A DNA stretch of 64,000 nucleotides from positions 23 through 64,022 of the forward strand of contig CAKOVX010000006.1 in the NCBI GenBank assembly GCA_934122155.1, in the 5' to 3' direction. This DNA comes from an uncultured Clostridia bacterium. Lineage in GTDB: Bacteria > Bacillota > Clostridia > TANB77 > CAG-508. The first letter of the stretch is position 1, and every line of letters starts with the position of its first letter. Position numbers and translations under genes: made by a program. The notes under the pieces were generated by a model, which had not been told where the DNA came from, did no database searches, and saw nothing but the letters and a program-made list of their open reading frames with translations. Shown one piece after another: positions 9,232-18,599 of the stretch.

Positions 9232-12200
9232 ATGAAAAAAGTTTTATTTGATTTAACTAACCCACAAAAGTCAATATGGTATACAGAACAGTACTTTAAA
9301 AACACTTCTGTAAATAATATTGGTGGAACTATAATTATTAAAGATAACCTAAATTTTGAATTATTAAAAAAATCTATCTATGAGTATGTAAAAACCAATG
9401 ATAGTTTTCTTATTAGGCTTTGTTTTGATGAAAAAGGAGATATAAAGCAATACATAGGGGAATTTTCGCCCTTTGTTATTGATTATGTCTCTTTTTCTTC
9501 TTTAGAAGATTTAGCTAAATTTGAAAAGCAAGATTGTGAAAAAAGCTTTACTATGCTAGATTCTAATCTATTTCGTTTTACTATGTTTTCTTTGCCTGAT
9601 AGCACTGGCGGTGTGGTATTAACAGTGCATCATATAATTTCTGATGCCCAAACAGTTAACCAGGTTGCCCCTAAGCTTATGGACTTTTACTCTCACTTTT
9701 TAAATAATACTTACCCAGATGTTTTGCAAACTTCATATGTTGATTATATAAATTCAGAAAACAAATATTTATCAAGTAAAAAGTATATTGATGATAAGTC
9801 TTTTTGGGAAAATCTTTTTGAAAAGCCTTTTTCTTCATCCAGCTTATCAACAAATTCAATAGATTCTGCTTCTTTGTGTAGCTCAAGTAGAGAATGCTTC
9901 TCAATTTCTAAGGAAGAAATGGAACAAATAAATCAATATTGTAAATCCATAAATATTTCTTGTTATCATTTCTTCATGTCCGTTTTTTCTTTATATATTG
10001 GAAAGGTAACTAATGAAAAAAACTTTGTTATTGGAACTCCTATTTTAAATAGAACAAATTTTAAGGAAAAAAATACCGCTGGTATGTTTATTAGTACTGT
10101 ACCTTTTTTAATTAATTTAGAAGAAAATCTTTTATTTACTGATTTTGCATCTAAAATCAGTGTAGAAACTTTGTCCATTTTTAGACATCAAAAATATCCT
10201 TATCAATCAATTTTAGAGTACGTTAGAAAGCAAGACCCTTCTTTGCCTAACTTGTACAATATCATGATTTCTTATCAAATCAATAAATCTAATGGTAGTA
10301 TTAATGATATTCCTTATACTACAAGATGGACTCATAGTAATACAAATATGGACGAATTAGACATTCATTTATTTGACATAAATGATACTGGAGAATTAAG
10401 TATTGCTTATGATTATCAACTCTCTAAGTATAAGCAAAAAGATATAATTAATCTACACAAAAGAATTTTATTGATTATATCTCAAATTATTAACAACCCC
10501 GATATATTAACAAATCAAATTGAACTAGTTTTACCAGAAGAAAAAGCTTTTATGCTTAATATATATAACAAACCAATTGATGTTTCTATAACTGAAACAG
10601 TAATTGACTTGTTTGAAAAACAAGTGTCAGAAAACCCTGATAAATTAGCTTTATGTTTTAAAGACATCAATTTTACATATGCTCAATTAAATAATTGCGT
10701 AAATTATTTAGCAGATTATTTACACACCAAAAACATAACTGAAGGAGACAAAATTTGTTTGTTCTTCTCTAATTCTATTGAACTAATTGTGTCAATTTTG
10801 GCTGTACTAAAATTGGGAGCTTGTTACATACCAATTGATGTTTCATACCCTATTGAACGTATAAAATATATTGTTAATAATAGTAATTGTAAAAATATAT
10901 TAACAACAAATTCACAAATTAGCAAATTAGATGATCTATCATCAATATCTTTAGAAATAAATTTATTTGACATAGAAAATAATTGTAATACTAATTTTGA
11001 AAACAAATATAGGCCTAATTTAAACAACTTGGCTTACATTATTTACACATCTGGTTCTACTGGAAACCCAAAAGGTGTTAAAATTGCTCATGAAAGTTTA
11101 GCTAACTACATTTGTTGGTCTAATAAAGAGTATGTACATGGCGAAACTACTAATTTTCCGTTATACTCTTCTATTTCCTTTGATTTAACAGTAACATCTG
11201 TATTTACTCCTTTAGTATCAGGAAATGCAATTTACATTTATGAGAACTCAAATCCACAGTTACTATTAAAGGAAATTATTGAAGATAAAAAAGTTCAAAT
11301 TATCAAGTTAACACCTGCACATTTAACATTGTTACAAGACTTTAATTTAAAAGATTCTATTGTTAGCAAATTAATAGTAGGTGGAGACATCTTAACAAAT
11401 GAAATATGTCAAAAAATCACTATGTCCTTTTCTCATTGTATTCATATTTTTAACGAATATGGACCTACTGAAGCAACTGTTGGTTGTATGATTTATGAAT
11501 ATTCACCTTCTCAGTATTCAACTGTTCCAATAGGTGTTCCTGCTGATAATACTAACTTATTTGTTTTAAATGATGATTTTAACTTAATTCCTTTTGGTTA
11601 TAATGGACAATTATATATTGCTGGGAAATGCCTTGCTAAAGGCTATGTTGAACTTCCTGTAATGACTGCTAGTAGATTTATTGCTTGCCCTTTTATTACA
11701 AATGGTTTAATGTATAAAACTGGTGATATTGTTAAATTATATGATACTGGAATTATGGAATGTATTGGTCGTAGCGATTTTCAAGTAAAAATAAATGGGT
11801 TTAGAATAGAAATTGGAGAAATTCAGTCTAGAATTTTGAACTACTCTAATATAAAAGATTGTTTTGTAACTGTACTAAATATAAAAAACACTAAAGTATT
11901 ATGTGCTTATTATGTTTGTGAAAAAACTATTGATGTTAAGAATTTAAGACATTACTTACAAAAGGTACTTCCAATGTATATGGTTCCAAAATATTATGTT
12001 AATTTAAAAGAAATTCCTCTTACAGTCAATGGTAAAGTAAATAAAAATCTATTGCCAAGCCCTTCTTTGTCAAAGCACAAAGCAATAGTTAAACCAAAAA
12101 ATGATATGGAAAATATTTTGCATGATATTTTTTGTGATTTACTACAAGTAAATGAGTTAAGTGTTACATCTAACTTTTTTGAGCACTATGTTGATTCACT

Positions 12201-13530
12201 TACCATTATAAAAGCTCAAACAAAATTATATAGCATGGGTTATAATATAAACACTCAAGATTTTTATGAATACCCAACTATTAGAAAATTATCATTACAT
12301 ATATTAAGAAAATCAAATAATAAAACCCACTTATGCAGTGAAAATATTCCTGTTATTTCTGAGATAGCAAAGCCTATTGAAAGGAAATATACATTTAATA
12401 ATATTTTATTATTTGGTGTTACAGGTTTTTTAGGAGCACATATTTTTCATGAATTACTTTTAAAAACAAACTCACAAATTTATTGCATTATACGTGAAAA
12501 AAATAATCTTAATGCAATACAAAGGTTTTATGAAAAATTCAGTTTTTATTTTCCATCTGAAAATATTGAAGATTATAAAAACAGAATACATTTAATAACT
12601 GGTAATATTTTAAAAGAAAACTTTAATCTGTCTAGTAAACAATATGATTTTCTTGGAAAGAGTATTGATTGTGTTATAAATTCTGCTGCTTTAGTAAAAC
12701 ATTATGGAAAATATGAAGAGTTTTACAACACTAATGTTGATGGTACAAAAAAAATAACAGATTTTTGCATTAAATATAATATTCCTTTACATTATGTATC
12801 TACCCTTTCTGTTTCTGGATATGGTTTAACTAAAAGCCCTGATGCAGTTTTTACAGAAAAAGATTTTTATGTTGGGCAAAATTATGAAGACAATGTTTAT
12901 GTAAAAAGTAAATTTGAAGGTGAAAAATTAATATTAAATGCTTGTAAAAATAGTAACTTATGTGCTACTATTTATAGAGTAGGAAATATTACAAATCGTT
13001 TTTCTGATGGAGCATTTCAACAAAATGCTGGTGAAAATGCATTTTTAAACAGAATATCAGCTGTAATTAATTTGCATTGTATGCCTAAAGAACTATTAAA
13101 TTTCCCTATTGAATTTACTCCAGTAGATTATTGTGCAAATTTTATAGTTGAATTGCTTACAAAAGATTTTAGACAAAATAATTTAACAGTTTATCATTTA
13201 TTTAATCAAAATTATCTTGATTTTAATTATTTGTTTAACTTCTTAAAAGATCTTAATATTAATATAGATTTATGTAATATTACAGACTTTGAAAAACGCA
13301 TACTTGACAGTAAGGATAATTATTTTGGAATTATTAATTATCTTGCAAATATAAAAAATATATCAGCAGATTCTCCTCATAATGATTTTAATGGAATATC
13401 TATTGATAATAGTTACACTAATTCTATTTTAAATAACTTAAATTTAAAATGGCCTACTCTTAATAAACATTATTTGCAAGCTGTTGTAGACTACTTAATA
13501 AAAAATAATTTTATAGGTGATAAAAAATGA
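9232..13530 (+). CDS. non-ribosomal peptide synthetase, single module C-A-T-R (terminal thioester reductase)
   Basis: C-domain 'HHIISDAQT'; A-domain cores 'YTSGSTGNPKG', 'NEYGPTEATV', 'KINGFRIEIGEI', 'LPLTVNGKVNK'; carrier domain 'FFEHYVDSL'; R-domain 'GVTGFLGAHIF' NAD(P)-binding site and YxxxK. Confidence 0.9.
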   Translation: MKKVLFDLTNPQKSIWYTEQYFKNTSVNNIGGTIIIKDNLNFELLKKSIYEYVKTNDSFLIRLCFDEKGDIKQYIGEFSPFVIDYVSFSSLEDLAKFEKQDCEKSFTMLDSNLFRFTMFSLPDSTGGVVLTVHHIISDAQTVNQVAPKLMDFYSHFLNNTYPDVLQTSYVDYINSENKYLSSKKYIDDKSFWENLFEKPFSSSSLSTNSIDSASLCSSSRECFSISKEEMEQINQYCKSINISCYHFFMSVFSLYIGKVTNEKNFVIGTPILNRTNFKEKNTAGMFISTVPFLINLEENLLFTDFASKISVETLSIFRHQKYPYQSILEYVRKQDPSLPNLYNIMISYQINKSNGSINDIPYTTRWTHSNTNMDELDIHLFDINDTGELSIAYDYQLSKYKQKDIINLHKRILLIISQIINNPDILTNQIELVLPEEKAFMLNIYNKPIDVSITETVIDLFEKQVSENPDKLALCFKDINFTYAQLNNCVNYLADYLHTKNITEGDKICLFFSNSIELIVSILAVLKLGACYIPIDVSYPIERIKYIVNNSNCKNILTTNSQISKLDDLSSISLEINLFDIENNCNTNFENKYRPNLNNLAYIIYTSGSTGNPKGVKIAHESLANYICWSNKEYVHGETTNFPLYSSISFDLTVTSVFTPLVSGNAIYIYENSNPQLLLKEIIEDKKVQIIKLTPAHLTLLQDFNLKDSIVSKLIVGGDILTNEICQKITMSFSHCIHIFNEYGPTEATVGCMIYEYSPSQYSTVPIGVPADNTNLFVLNDDFNLIPFGYNGQLYIAGKCLAKGYVELPVMTASRFIACPFITNGLMYKTGDIVKLYDTGIMECIGRSDFQVKINGFRIEIGEIQSRILNYSNIKDCFVTVLNIKNTKVLCAYYVCEKTIDVKNLRHYLQKVLPMYMVPKYYVNLKEIPLTVNGKVNKNLLPSPSLSKHKAIVKPKNDMENILHDIFCDLLQVNELSVTSNFFEHYVDSLTIIKAQTKLYSMGYNINTQDFYEYPTIRKLSLHILRKSNNKTHLCSENIPVISEIAKPIERKYTFNNILLFGVTGFLGAHIFHELLLKTNSQIYCIIREKNNLNAIQRFYEKFSFYFPSENIEDYKNRIHLITGNILKENFNLSSKQYDFLGKSIDCVINSAALVKHYGKYEEFYNTNVDGTKKITDFCIKYNIPLHYVSTLSVSGYGLTKSPDAVFTEKDFYVGQNYEDNVYVKSKFEGEKLILNACKNSNLCATIYRVGNITNRFSDGAFQQNAGENAFLNRISAVINLHCMPKELLNFPIEFTPVDYCANFIVELLTKDFRQNNLTVYHLFNQNYLDFNYLFNFLKDLNINIDLCNITDFEKRILDSKDNYFGIINYLANIKNISADSPHNDFNGISIDNSYTNSILNNLNLKWPTLNKHYLQAVVDYLIKNNFIGDKK

Positions 13531-15509
13531 AACAAAAAACACTTTCAAAGATAAAATCGTGTAAAACACTAGCATTATTAAATGCTTTTATAGCCATGTT
13601 GGTTATGATTATATTATACTTTACACTACCAACTATATTAAATTACCCTCAAAATTCTATTGATAATGATTTTCAGGTTGAAATAGTTGGAATTAAATAT
13701 ACTCACCAATTTATTATACTTTCAACAATTATAGTTGCCTTAGTATATATTGGTTTTAGGTTTGTATATAGCAGAATTAATTTTAATAAAAATATTAGTA
13801 AAGATTCACTATTAAAAATAAGAACAAAATGCTTTAATTATCCATATTTAATGATTGTTCTATTATCCTTTATTCCGACCATTATTTGTGGAATTTTATT
13901 AGTAGTTTTCAAAACAGATTTTGAACTTTTATTAAAATTATGTATTGTTATACTATCTTTTGGTACAGTATATTCAATAGTTTCTTATATGGTAGGTAAA
14001 AACTTTTTTGAACAAAAACTTATTGAGTCATCTGAGATTGTAGGAAATAAAAAAGGTGGAATCAGATTAAATATTTATAAAAAATTATTAATTGAAATTA
14101 TTCCATTATTTTTATATTCATTTATATTATTACTATTAATTAGTACAACTATAATGACAACTGAAAAAGGAGATTTATTATACAATATTTATAGAAATGA
14201 GCTAATAAAAGAGTTTGACACATCTACTGTTTATACTTTAGATGAAGTTCAAAATAAGCTAAACACTCTATCTTTAAACTCTCAAAAAGATCATTCAGTA
14301 ATTTTATCTGCTAAAGATGGAACAGTTTATTACTCTCCAAAACCATTAAATGACTTTTTTATAAAATATGCTCTTACATATTATGATGAAATGAATGGAC
14401 ATATTTTTGAATATTATGGTCAAAACTCACAAGCAGCTGTTATAAAAGTTCATACTGTTGAAGGCGATTGCTTTGTTGGTATTAGATTTTTCGTATTTGC
14501 AAATGAAGTTATAACACCATTTATAATTGTAACTATTATTTTAATTATATTTAATTTAATATTTGTTATTTATATTGGAAAAGGGTTGTCAAACGACATA
14601 AACAACGTAAGTGATGGTATGAATCATATATCAAATTCTGAAAATGTAGTTTTTGAAAAAAATCTTCCAATTACTTCAAATGATGAGATGGCAGACTTAA
14701 TTTTAGCATTTAATAAAATTCAAGATCTGACTAGAAACTATGTAACCCAAATTCATGACAATCAAAATATGTTAATGGAAAGAGAAAGATTAGCCTCTTT
14801 AGGTCAGTTAATTGGAGGCATTGCTCACAATTTAAAAACTCCTATAATGTCTATATCTGGTGCAGCAGAAGGTTTAACAGATTTAATTAAAGAATATGAA
14901 GCTTCTGTTGGTGACCCTGATGTTACAATACAAGATCACCATGATATTGCAAAAGATATGAAAGATTGGATAGAAAAGATCCGCTCTTATACTGAATATA
15001 TGTCAGATATTATTACTGCTGTTAAAGGCCAAGCAGTCACAATGTCTGAAGAACAAGAAACTTCGTTTACTTTAGATGAACTTGTAAAACGTGTAGATAT
15101 TTTAATGAAACATGAGTTAAAAAATGCATTGGTTAGTTTAAATATATGTATGCAAACAGATGAGCAGACCATATTGAAAGGAAATATCAACAGTTTAGTA
15201 CAAGTTATAAACAATATGGTTTCAAATGCAATACAAGCCTATGATGGTAAACCAGATCAGCAAATTGACTTAGTATTAAAAAGAGAAAACAATAACATAA
15301 TCATTTCTGTAAAAGACTATGGCTCTGGGCTTCCAGATGAAGTACAAAATAAATTATTTAAAGAAATGATAACAACAAAAGGTAAAAATGGTACTGGTCT
15401 TGGATTATTTATGTCATATTCTACTATCCGTGCTCACTTTAATGGAAATATTACTTTTGAAACTGCAAAAGGCCAAGGAACTACATTTAATATCATATTG
15501 CCAATTTAA
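13527..15509 (+). CDS. sensor histidine kinase, multi-TM sensor with extracytoplasmic loop; start overlaps the NRPS stop (ATGA)
   Basis: 5-6 TM helices; H-box 'IAHNLKTPI'; HATPase_c 'DYGSGLPDE', 'GTGLGL'. Confidence 0.9.
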   Translation: MKQKTLSKIKSCKTLALLNAFIAMLVMIILYFTLPTILNYPQNSIDNDFQVEIVGIKYTHQFIILSTIIVALVYIGFRFVYSRINFNKNISKDSLLKIRTKCFNYPYLMIVLLSFIPTIICGILLVVFKTDFELLLKLCIVILSFGTVYSIVSYMVGKNFFEQKLIESSEIVGNKKGGIRLNIYKKLLIEIIPLFLYSFILLLLISTTIMTTEKGDLLYNIYRNELIKEFDTSTVYTLDEVQNKLNTLSLNSQKDHSVILSAKDGTVYYSPKPLNDFFIKYALTYYDEMNGHIFEYYGQNSQAAVIKVHTVEGDCFVGIRFFVFANEVITPFIIVTIILIIFNLIFVIYIGKGLSNDINNVSDGMNHISNSENVVFEKNLPITSNDEMADLILAFNKIQDLTRNYVTQIHDNQNMLMERERLASLGQLIGGIAHNLKTPIMSISGAAEGLTDLIKEYEASVGDPDVTIQDHHDIAKDMKDWIEKIRSYTEYMSDIITAVKGQAVTMSEEQETSFTLDELVKRVDILMKHELKNALVSLNICMQTDEQTILKGNINSLVQVINNMVSNAIQAYDGKPDQQIDLVLKRENNNIIISVKDYGSGLPDEVQNKLFKEMITTKGKNGTGLGLFMSYSTIRAHFNGNITFETAKGQGTTFNIILPI

Positions 15510-15527
15510 ACATTAACTACTAAGTTT

Positions 15528-15568
15528 AAATCTAGTCATTTCAACAAATGACTAGATTTTTTTTATTT
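15528..15568 (+). terminator. rho-independent terminator (ATCTAGTCAT/ATGACTAGAT + T8)
   Basis: Perfect 10-bp stem followed by a T-run after the kinase gene. Confidence 0.7.
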
Positions 15569-15662
15569 TATTTTTTTAATAAATACTGTACAATTCGACA
15601 AACTATGATATAATGTTGTTGTCATCTTGAGTATACTTACTATAAATATTGAGGTGAAAAGT

Positions 15663-16715
15663 ATGAGAAAAAATATGCAAAGTGCAAACGATAAAGGCTA
15701 TAAAATTATAGCGGTTGATGATGAAGAAGGAATTGTTGACTCTTTATCAATCTTTCTTAAAAGATCTGGCTATAATTTTACAGGAGTTACCGACCCTATT
15801 GAAGCAATTGAAAAGGTAAAAAATGAGCATTTTGATTTAATGATTTTGGACTTTATTATGACACCAATTCATGGTGATCAAGTAGTTGAAGAAATACGCA
15901 AATTCAATAAAGAATTATATATTTTGTTACTAACTGGTCATAAAGATTTGGCTCCACCTCTAGAAACAATCAGAAAATTAGATATTCAAGGTTATTGTGA
16001 GAAAAGTGATAAGTTTGACCAATTACTTCTTTTAATTGAGTCTGGAATAAAATCAATTGAACAAATGAATGAAATTAAAAGAATAAATGAAGAACTTTCT
16101 TCTACTTATGAAAAATTGGAAAGAGCTTATTTAGATAGTATTCAAACTTTACGTTATACAGTTGAAGCAAAAGATCCATACACTAGAGGTCACTCAGATA
16201 GAGTTTCTAAATATTCTGTTTTACTTGGAAAATATTTAGGTTTATCTGACACTGATTTAAAAACTTTAGAGGTTGGTGGATTATTCCATGATATTGGAAA
16301 AATTGGTATTCCTGATAGCATTTTATTAAAAGAATCTAAGCTAACAGATGATGAATATTCACAAATAAAAAATCACCCTGCAATTGGCGCACATATCTTA
16401 TGCAATGCTGAGGTATTTCAAGATATTATACCAATTGTAAAACATCATCATGAAAGATTTGATGGAAACGGTTACCCAGGAAAGTTAAAAGGAACTGATA
16501 TCCCTTATTTAGCTCGTGTAGCAGCTGTTGCTGATACTTTTGATGCGATGACATCAAGAAGAACTTATCGTGATCCTTTAAGTTTAGATGTCGTAAAAGC
16601 TGAAATTGAAAGATGCTCTGGAACACAATTTGACCCAGAAATTGCAAAAGTATTTTTAGATATTTTAAATAATCATTATGATGAAATAAATGAAATCCAG
16701 GAACAATTCAGATAA
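15663..16715 (+). CDS. response regulator with REC + HD-GYP (c-di-GMP phosphodiesterase) domains
   Basis: REC 'KIIAVDDEEG...LMILDFIM'; 'HHERFDGNGYPGKLKG' HD-GYP; start taken at the ATG after SD GAGGTG. Confidence 0.85.
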   Translation: MRKNMQSANDKGYKIIAVDDEEGIVDSLSIFLKRSGYNFTGVTDPIEAIEKVKNEHFDLMILDFIMTPIHGDQVVEEIRKFNKELYILLLTGHKDLAPPLETIRKLDIQGYCEKSDKFDQLLLLIESGIKSIEQMNEIKRINEELSSTYEKLERAYLDSIQTLRYTVEAKDPYTRGHSDRVSKYSVLLGKYLGLSDTDLKTLEVGGLFHDIGKIGIPDSILLKESKLTDDEYSQIKNHPAIGAHILCNAEVFQDIIPIVKHHHERFDGNGYPGKLKGTDIPYLARVAAVADTFDAMTSRRTYRDPLSLDVVKAEIERCSGTQFDPEIAKVFLDILNNHYDEINEIQEQFR

Positions 16716-16725
16716 GGGGTATTTT

Positions 16726-17838
16726 ATGTTTAAGGTTTTAGTTCTATCATGTAGTACAGGCGGTGGTCATAATTCTGCTGCAAGTGCTATAACAGAGGAA
16801 TTAAGAAATAAAGGAGTTCAAGTTGATTTTAAAGAATATTTGGACTTAATAAATTATAAAATAGCTAATGTAGTAAATAAATTATATATTAGTTCAACAA
16901 AAGGAAATGGTGCTGTTTTTAAAAGAGTTTATAAACTAGGCGAATTATATGAGAAAACTAAAATTACATCTCCAGTTTATGGCGTAAATAGACTACACAG
17001 AAAAAAATTATATAATTATATTGTTGAAAATAAATATGATTATGTTGTAGTTACTCACCTATTCCCTGCTGAAGTTTTAACTGCTATAAAAAAACAACAT
17101 GGCATACATTTTATTGCAGTTGCAACAGATTATAAATCAATTCCATTTTGGTCAGAAACTAATCCAGACTATTTTATAATTCCACATAAAGATTTAATTG
17201 AAGATTTTACTAAAAAAGGTATCAGCCACGAAAAGCTAATACCTTTTGGTATTCCTGTGTCAACTAATTTTAGTAAAGATTTAGATAAATCTAAAATATT
17301 TGCTGAATTAAATTTAGATGAAAATAAAAAATATATATTAGTTATGACAGGAAGTATGGGATTTGGAAATGTTACAGGTATAATAGATGTTTTGCAAGAT
17401 GAAATTTCTGAAACAATTTTAGTCGCCTGTGGAAATAACAAAAAAATTTATGAAAATATTTCAAATAATTATGACTCAAATAAAGTAATTCCTTTTGGTT
17501 TTACTCCACAAATTTATAAATATATGGCTATAAGTGAACTTTTATTAACTAAGCCTGGAGGACTTACAACAACAGAGGCTGCCACAATAAATATTCCTAT
17601 TATTCATACTATGCCAATACCTGGTTGTGAAACATATAACGCAGAATTTTTTGAGAGCCGTGGAATGTCTATTAGCTGTAAAAATACTACTGATATAAAA
17701 AATGCAGTAATATCTCTTTTAAATGATAAAAATAAAATGGAAAATATAATAAAAGCACAAAAACAAAATATAGATAAAAATGCTTGTAGCAAAATTTGTG
17801 AATTTATAATAGATGAAATAAGGAAATATAGTAAATGA
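16726..17838 (+). CDS. MGDG-synthase family glycosyltransferase (UgtP-like diacylglycerol glycosyltransferase)
   Basis: 'KVLVLSCSTGGGHNSAASAI' MGDG_synth N-terminal signature; start placed at 'MFKVL' after SD AGGGG. Confidence 0.8.
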   Translation: MFKVLVLSCSTGGGHNSAASAITEELRNKGVQVDFKEYLDLINYKIANVVNKLYISSTKGNGAVFKRVYKLGELYEKTKITSPVYGVNRLHRKKLYNYIVENKYDYVVVTHLFPAEVLTAIKKQHGIHFIAVATDYKSIPFWSETNPDYFIIPHKDLIEDFTKKGISHEKLIPFGIPVSTNFSKDLDKSKIFAELNLDENKKYILVMTGSMGFGNVTGIIDVLQDEISETILVACGNNKKIYENISNNYDSNKVIPFGFTPQIYKYMAISELLLTKPGGLTTTEAATINIPIIHTMPIPGCETYNAEFFESRGMSISCKNTTDIKNAVISLLNDKNKMENIIKAQKQNIDKNACSKICEFIIDEIRKYSK

Positions 17839-18575
17839 AAGAGAATTTACAATCAAATGTAAATAATGAAAATGAAGATATAATAAAAATGTGGGAACCA
17901 CTTAAATTTGATATTGGCTTAAATTATAAATATGTAAAAAATAATATATTTTTTAAGTTAATATCAAATTTATTTTACTACATCATAGTTGCACCAATTA
18001 TTTTTTTAATTTCTAAGATTATTTTTGGACTAAAAATTGAAGGAAAAGAAAATTTAAAAAATATTAAAACTGGCGCTATTTCAGTATCAAACCATGTGCA
18101 ATATTTAGATTGTACAATGCTTGGTCTTGCATGGTTTCCTAGAAGAATATATTACACTGCTAAAACTGATGGCTTTAAAATGCCTGTTGTTAGGCATTTA
18201 GTGCGTTTGCTATATGCTATTCCTATACCTGAAAAAATTTCTTGTAAAGAAAATTTTTATAAAGCAATTGATGATTTATTAGCTAAAAATAAAATAGTAC
18301 ATTTTTACCCTGAAGCTTCTTTATGGCCATATTATAATAAATTACGTAATTTTAAAAATGGAGCATTTAAAATTGCTTCAAAAAATAATGTACCAATTAT
18401 TCCATTTGTATTTAGTTTTAGAGAGCCAACTGGTATTTTAAAGCTTTTTAAGTCTAAGCCTTGCTTAACTTTAAAAGTTCTACCACCTGTTTATTCAGAC
18501 CAAAATTTAGCATTTAATGAAAGATATTTAGATTTAAAAGAAAATGTATATAAAAAAATGAGTGAAAAAATATAA
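17835..18575 (+). CDS. plsC: 1-acyl-sn-glycerol-3-phosphate acyltransferase (PlsC family)
   Basis: 'SNHVQYLD' HX4D acyltransferase motif; overlaps the glycosyltransferase stop (ATGA). Confidence 0.8.
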   Translation: MKENLQSNVNNENEDIIKMWEPLKFDIGLNYKYVKNNIFFKLISNLFYYIIVAPIIFLISKIIFGLKIEGKENLKNIKTGAISVSNHVQYLDCTMLGLAWFPRRIYYTAKTDGFKMPVVRHLVRLLYAIPIPEKISCKENFYKAIDDLLAKNKIVHFYPEASLWPYYNKLRNFKNGAFKIASKNNVPIIPFVFSFREPTGILKLFKSKPCLTLKVLPPVYSDQNLAFNERYLDLKENVYKKMSEKI

Positions 18576-18599
18576 AATATATTCTTTCACTCTTTTTCT

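Noticed and set aside
9063-9305. 80-aa minus-strand ORF spanning the htrA-NRPS intergenic region
   Set aside because: Overlaps the NRPS 5' end and promoter, has no RBS, and its sequence is low-complexity.
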